Source: a virus (lineage: Duplodnaviria; Heunggongvirae; Uroviricota; Caudoviricetes). From it: 64,000 nt of DNA. Numbering within the stretch: position 1 is the stretch's first letter; each line of letters begins with the position of its first letter. The position numbers and the translations under genes were made by a program. Where the stretch lies: the IMG/VR virus record IMGVR_UViG_3300032167_002916; one strand, given 5' to 3'. A model generated the notes under the pieces. It ran no database searches. It was not told the DNA's origin and was given only the letters and a program-made list of their open reading frames with translations. Positions 63,904-64,000 of this stretch are shown here, in pieces.

Positions 63904-64000
63904 TCAAAGATGGCAGATATCAACCTCGATTTCAGTGTTGTGGGGGACAGTTCCAAATATGCAATAGTCTGCAGGAATAAATTTGAGGTCCTTCATTGTA

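Noticed and set aside
1-64000. CRISPR array, rRNA, IS element or transposase
   Set aside because: No regularly spaced 25-40-bp direct repeats with unique spacers, no rRNA-like conserved blocks, and no DDE or serine-recombinase ORFs were seen.

Overview
The window is a 64-kb segment of a tailed dsDNA phage or prophage of the sipho-like (long-tailed) type. The strong GGAGG-type ribosome-binding sites suggest a Firmicutes host, but this is not verified.

Positions 1-44040 are almost entirely minus-strand genes. Left to right they are: tail fibre and receptor-binding genes, a tail-associated (Tal-like) protein and distal tail protein, and a tape measure protein gene split into two ORFs by a 1.5-kb insertion. 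These are followed by tail chaperones and tube, head-tail connectors, major capsid protein, scaffold, portal, large and small terminase subunits, an HU-like protein, a tyrosine integrase and six clustered tRNAs (Asn, Asp, Met-like, Phe, Glu, Tyr). The same strand then carries a metallophosphoesterase, an 888-aa protein with the DFDGD catalytic motif of two-barrel RNA polymerases, a P-loop NTPase and a second small tyrosine recombinase.

Positions 44040-45800 are a 1.7-kb divergent control region with tandem consensus promoters and a strongly T-depleted, ACGGAC-rich, repeat-bearing non-coding array.

Positions 45800-64000 are plus-strand genes, mostly small and of unknown function. They include a translationally coupled NAD+ salvage trio (NadR-like NMNAT/RNK, a PNK-like kinase, PnuC) and an SPFH/band-7 membrane protein. 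They also include a tRNA-Arg(TCT), three atypical tRNA-like elements, long structured intergenic leaders, and two paralogous acidic proteins preceded by a G11 tract.

The supplied ORF track misses a long minus-strand gene at 1-3007 because it has no stop codon inside the window. No CRISPR array, rRNA or transposase was seen. All functional calls come from motif and architecture recognition by eye, without database searches.
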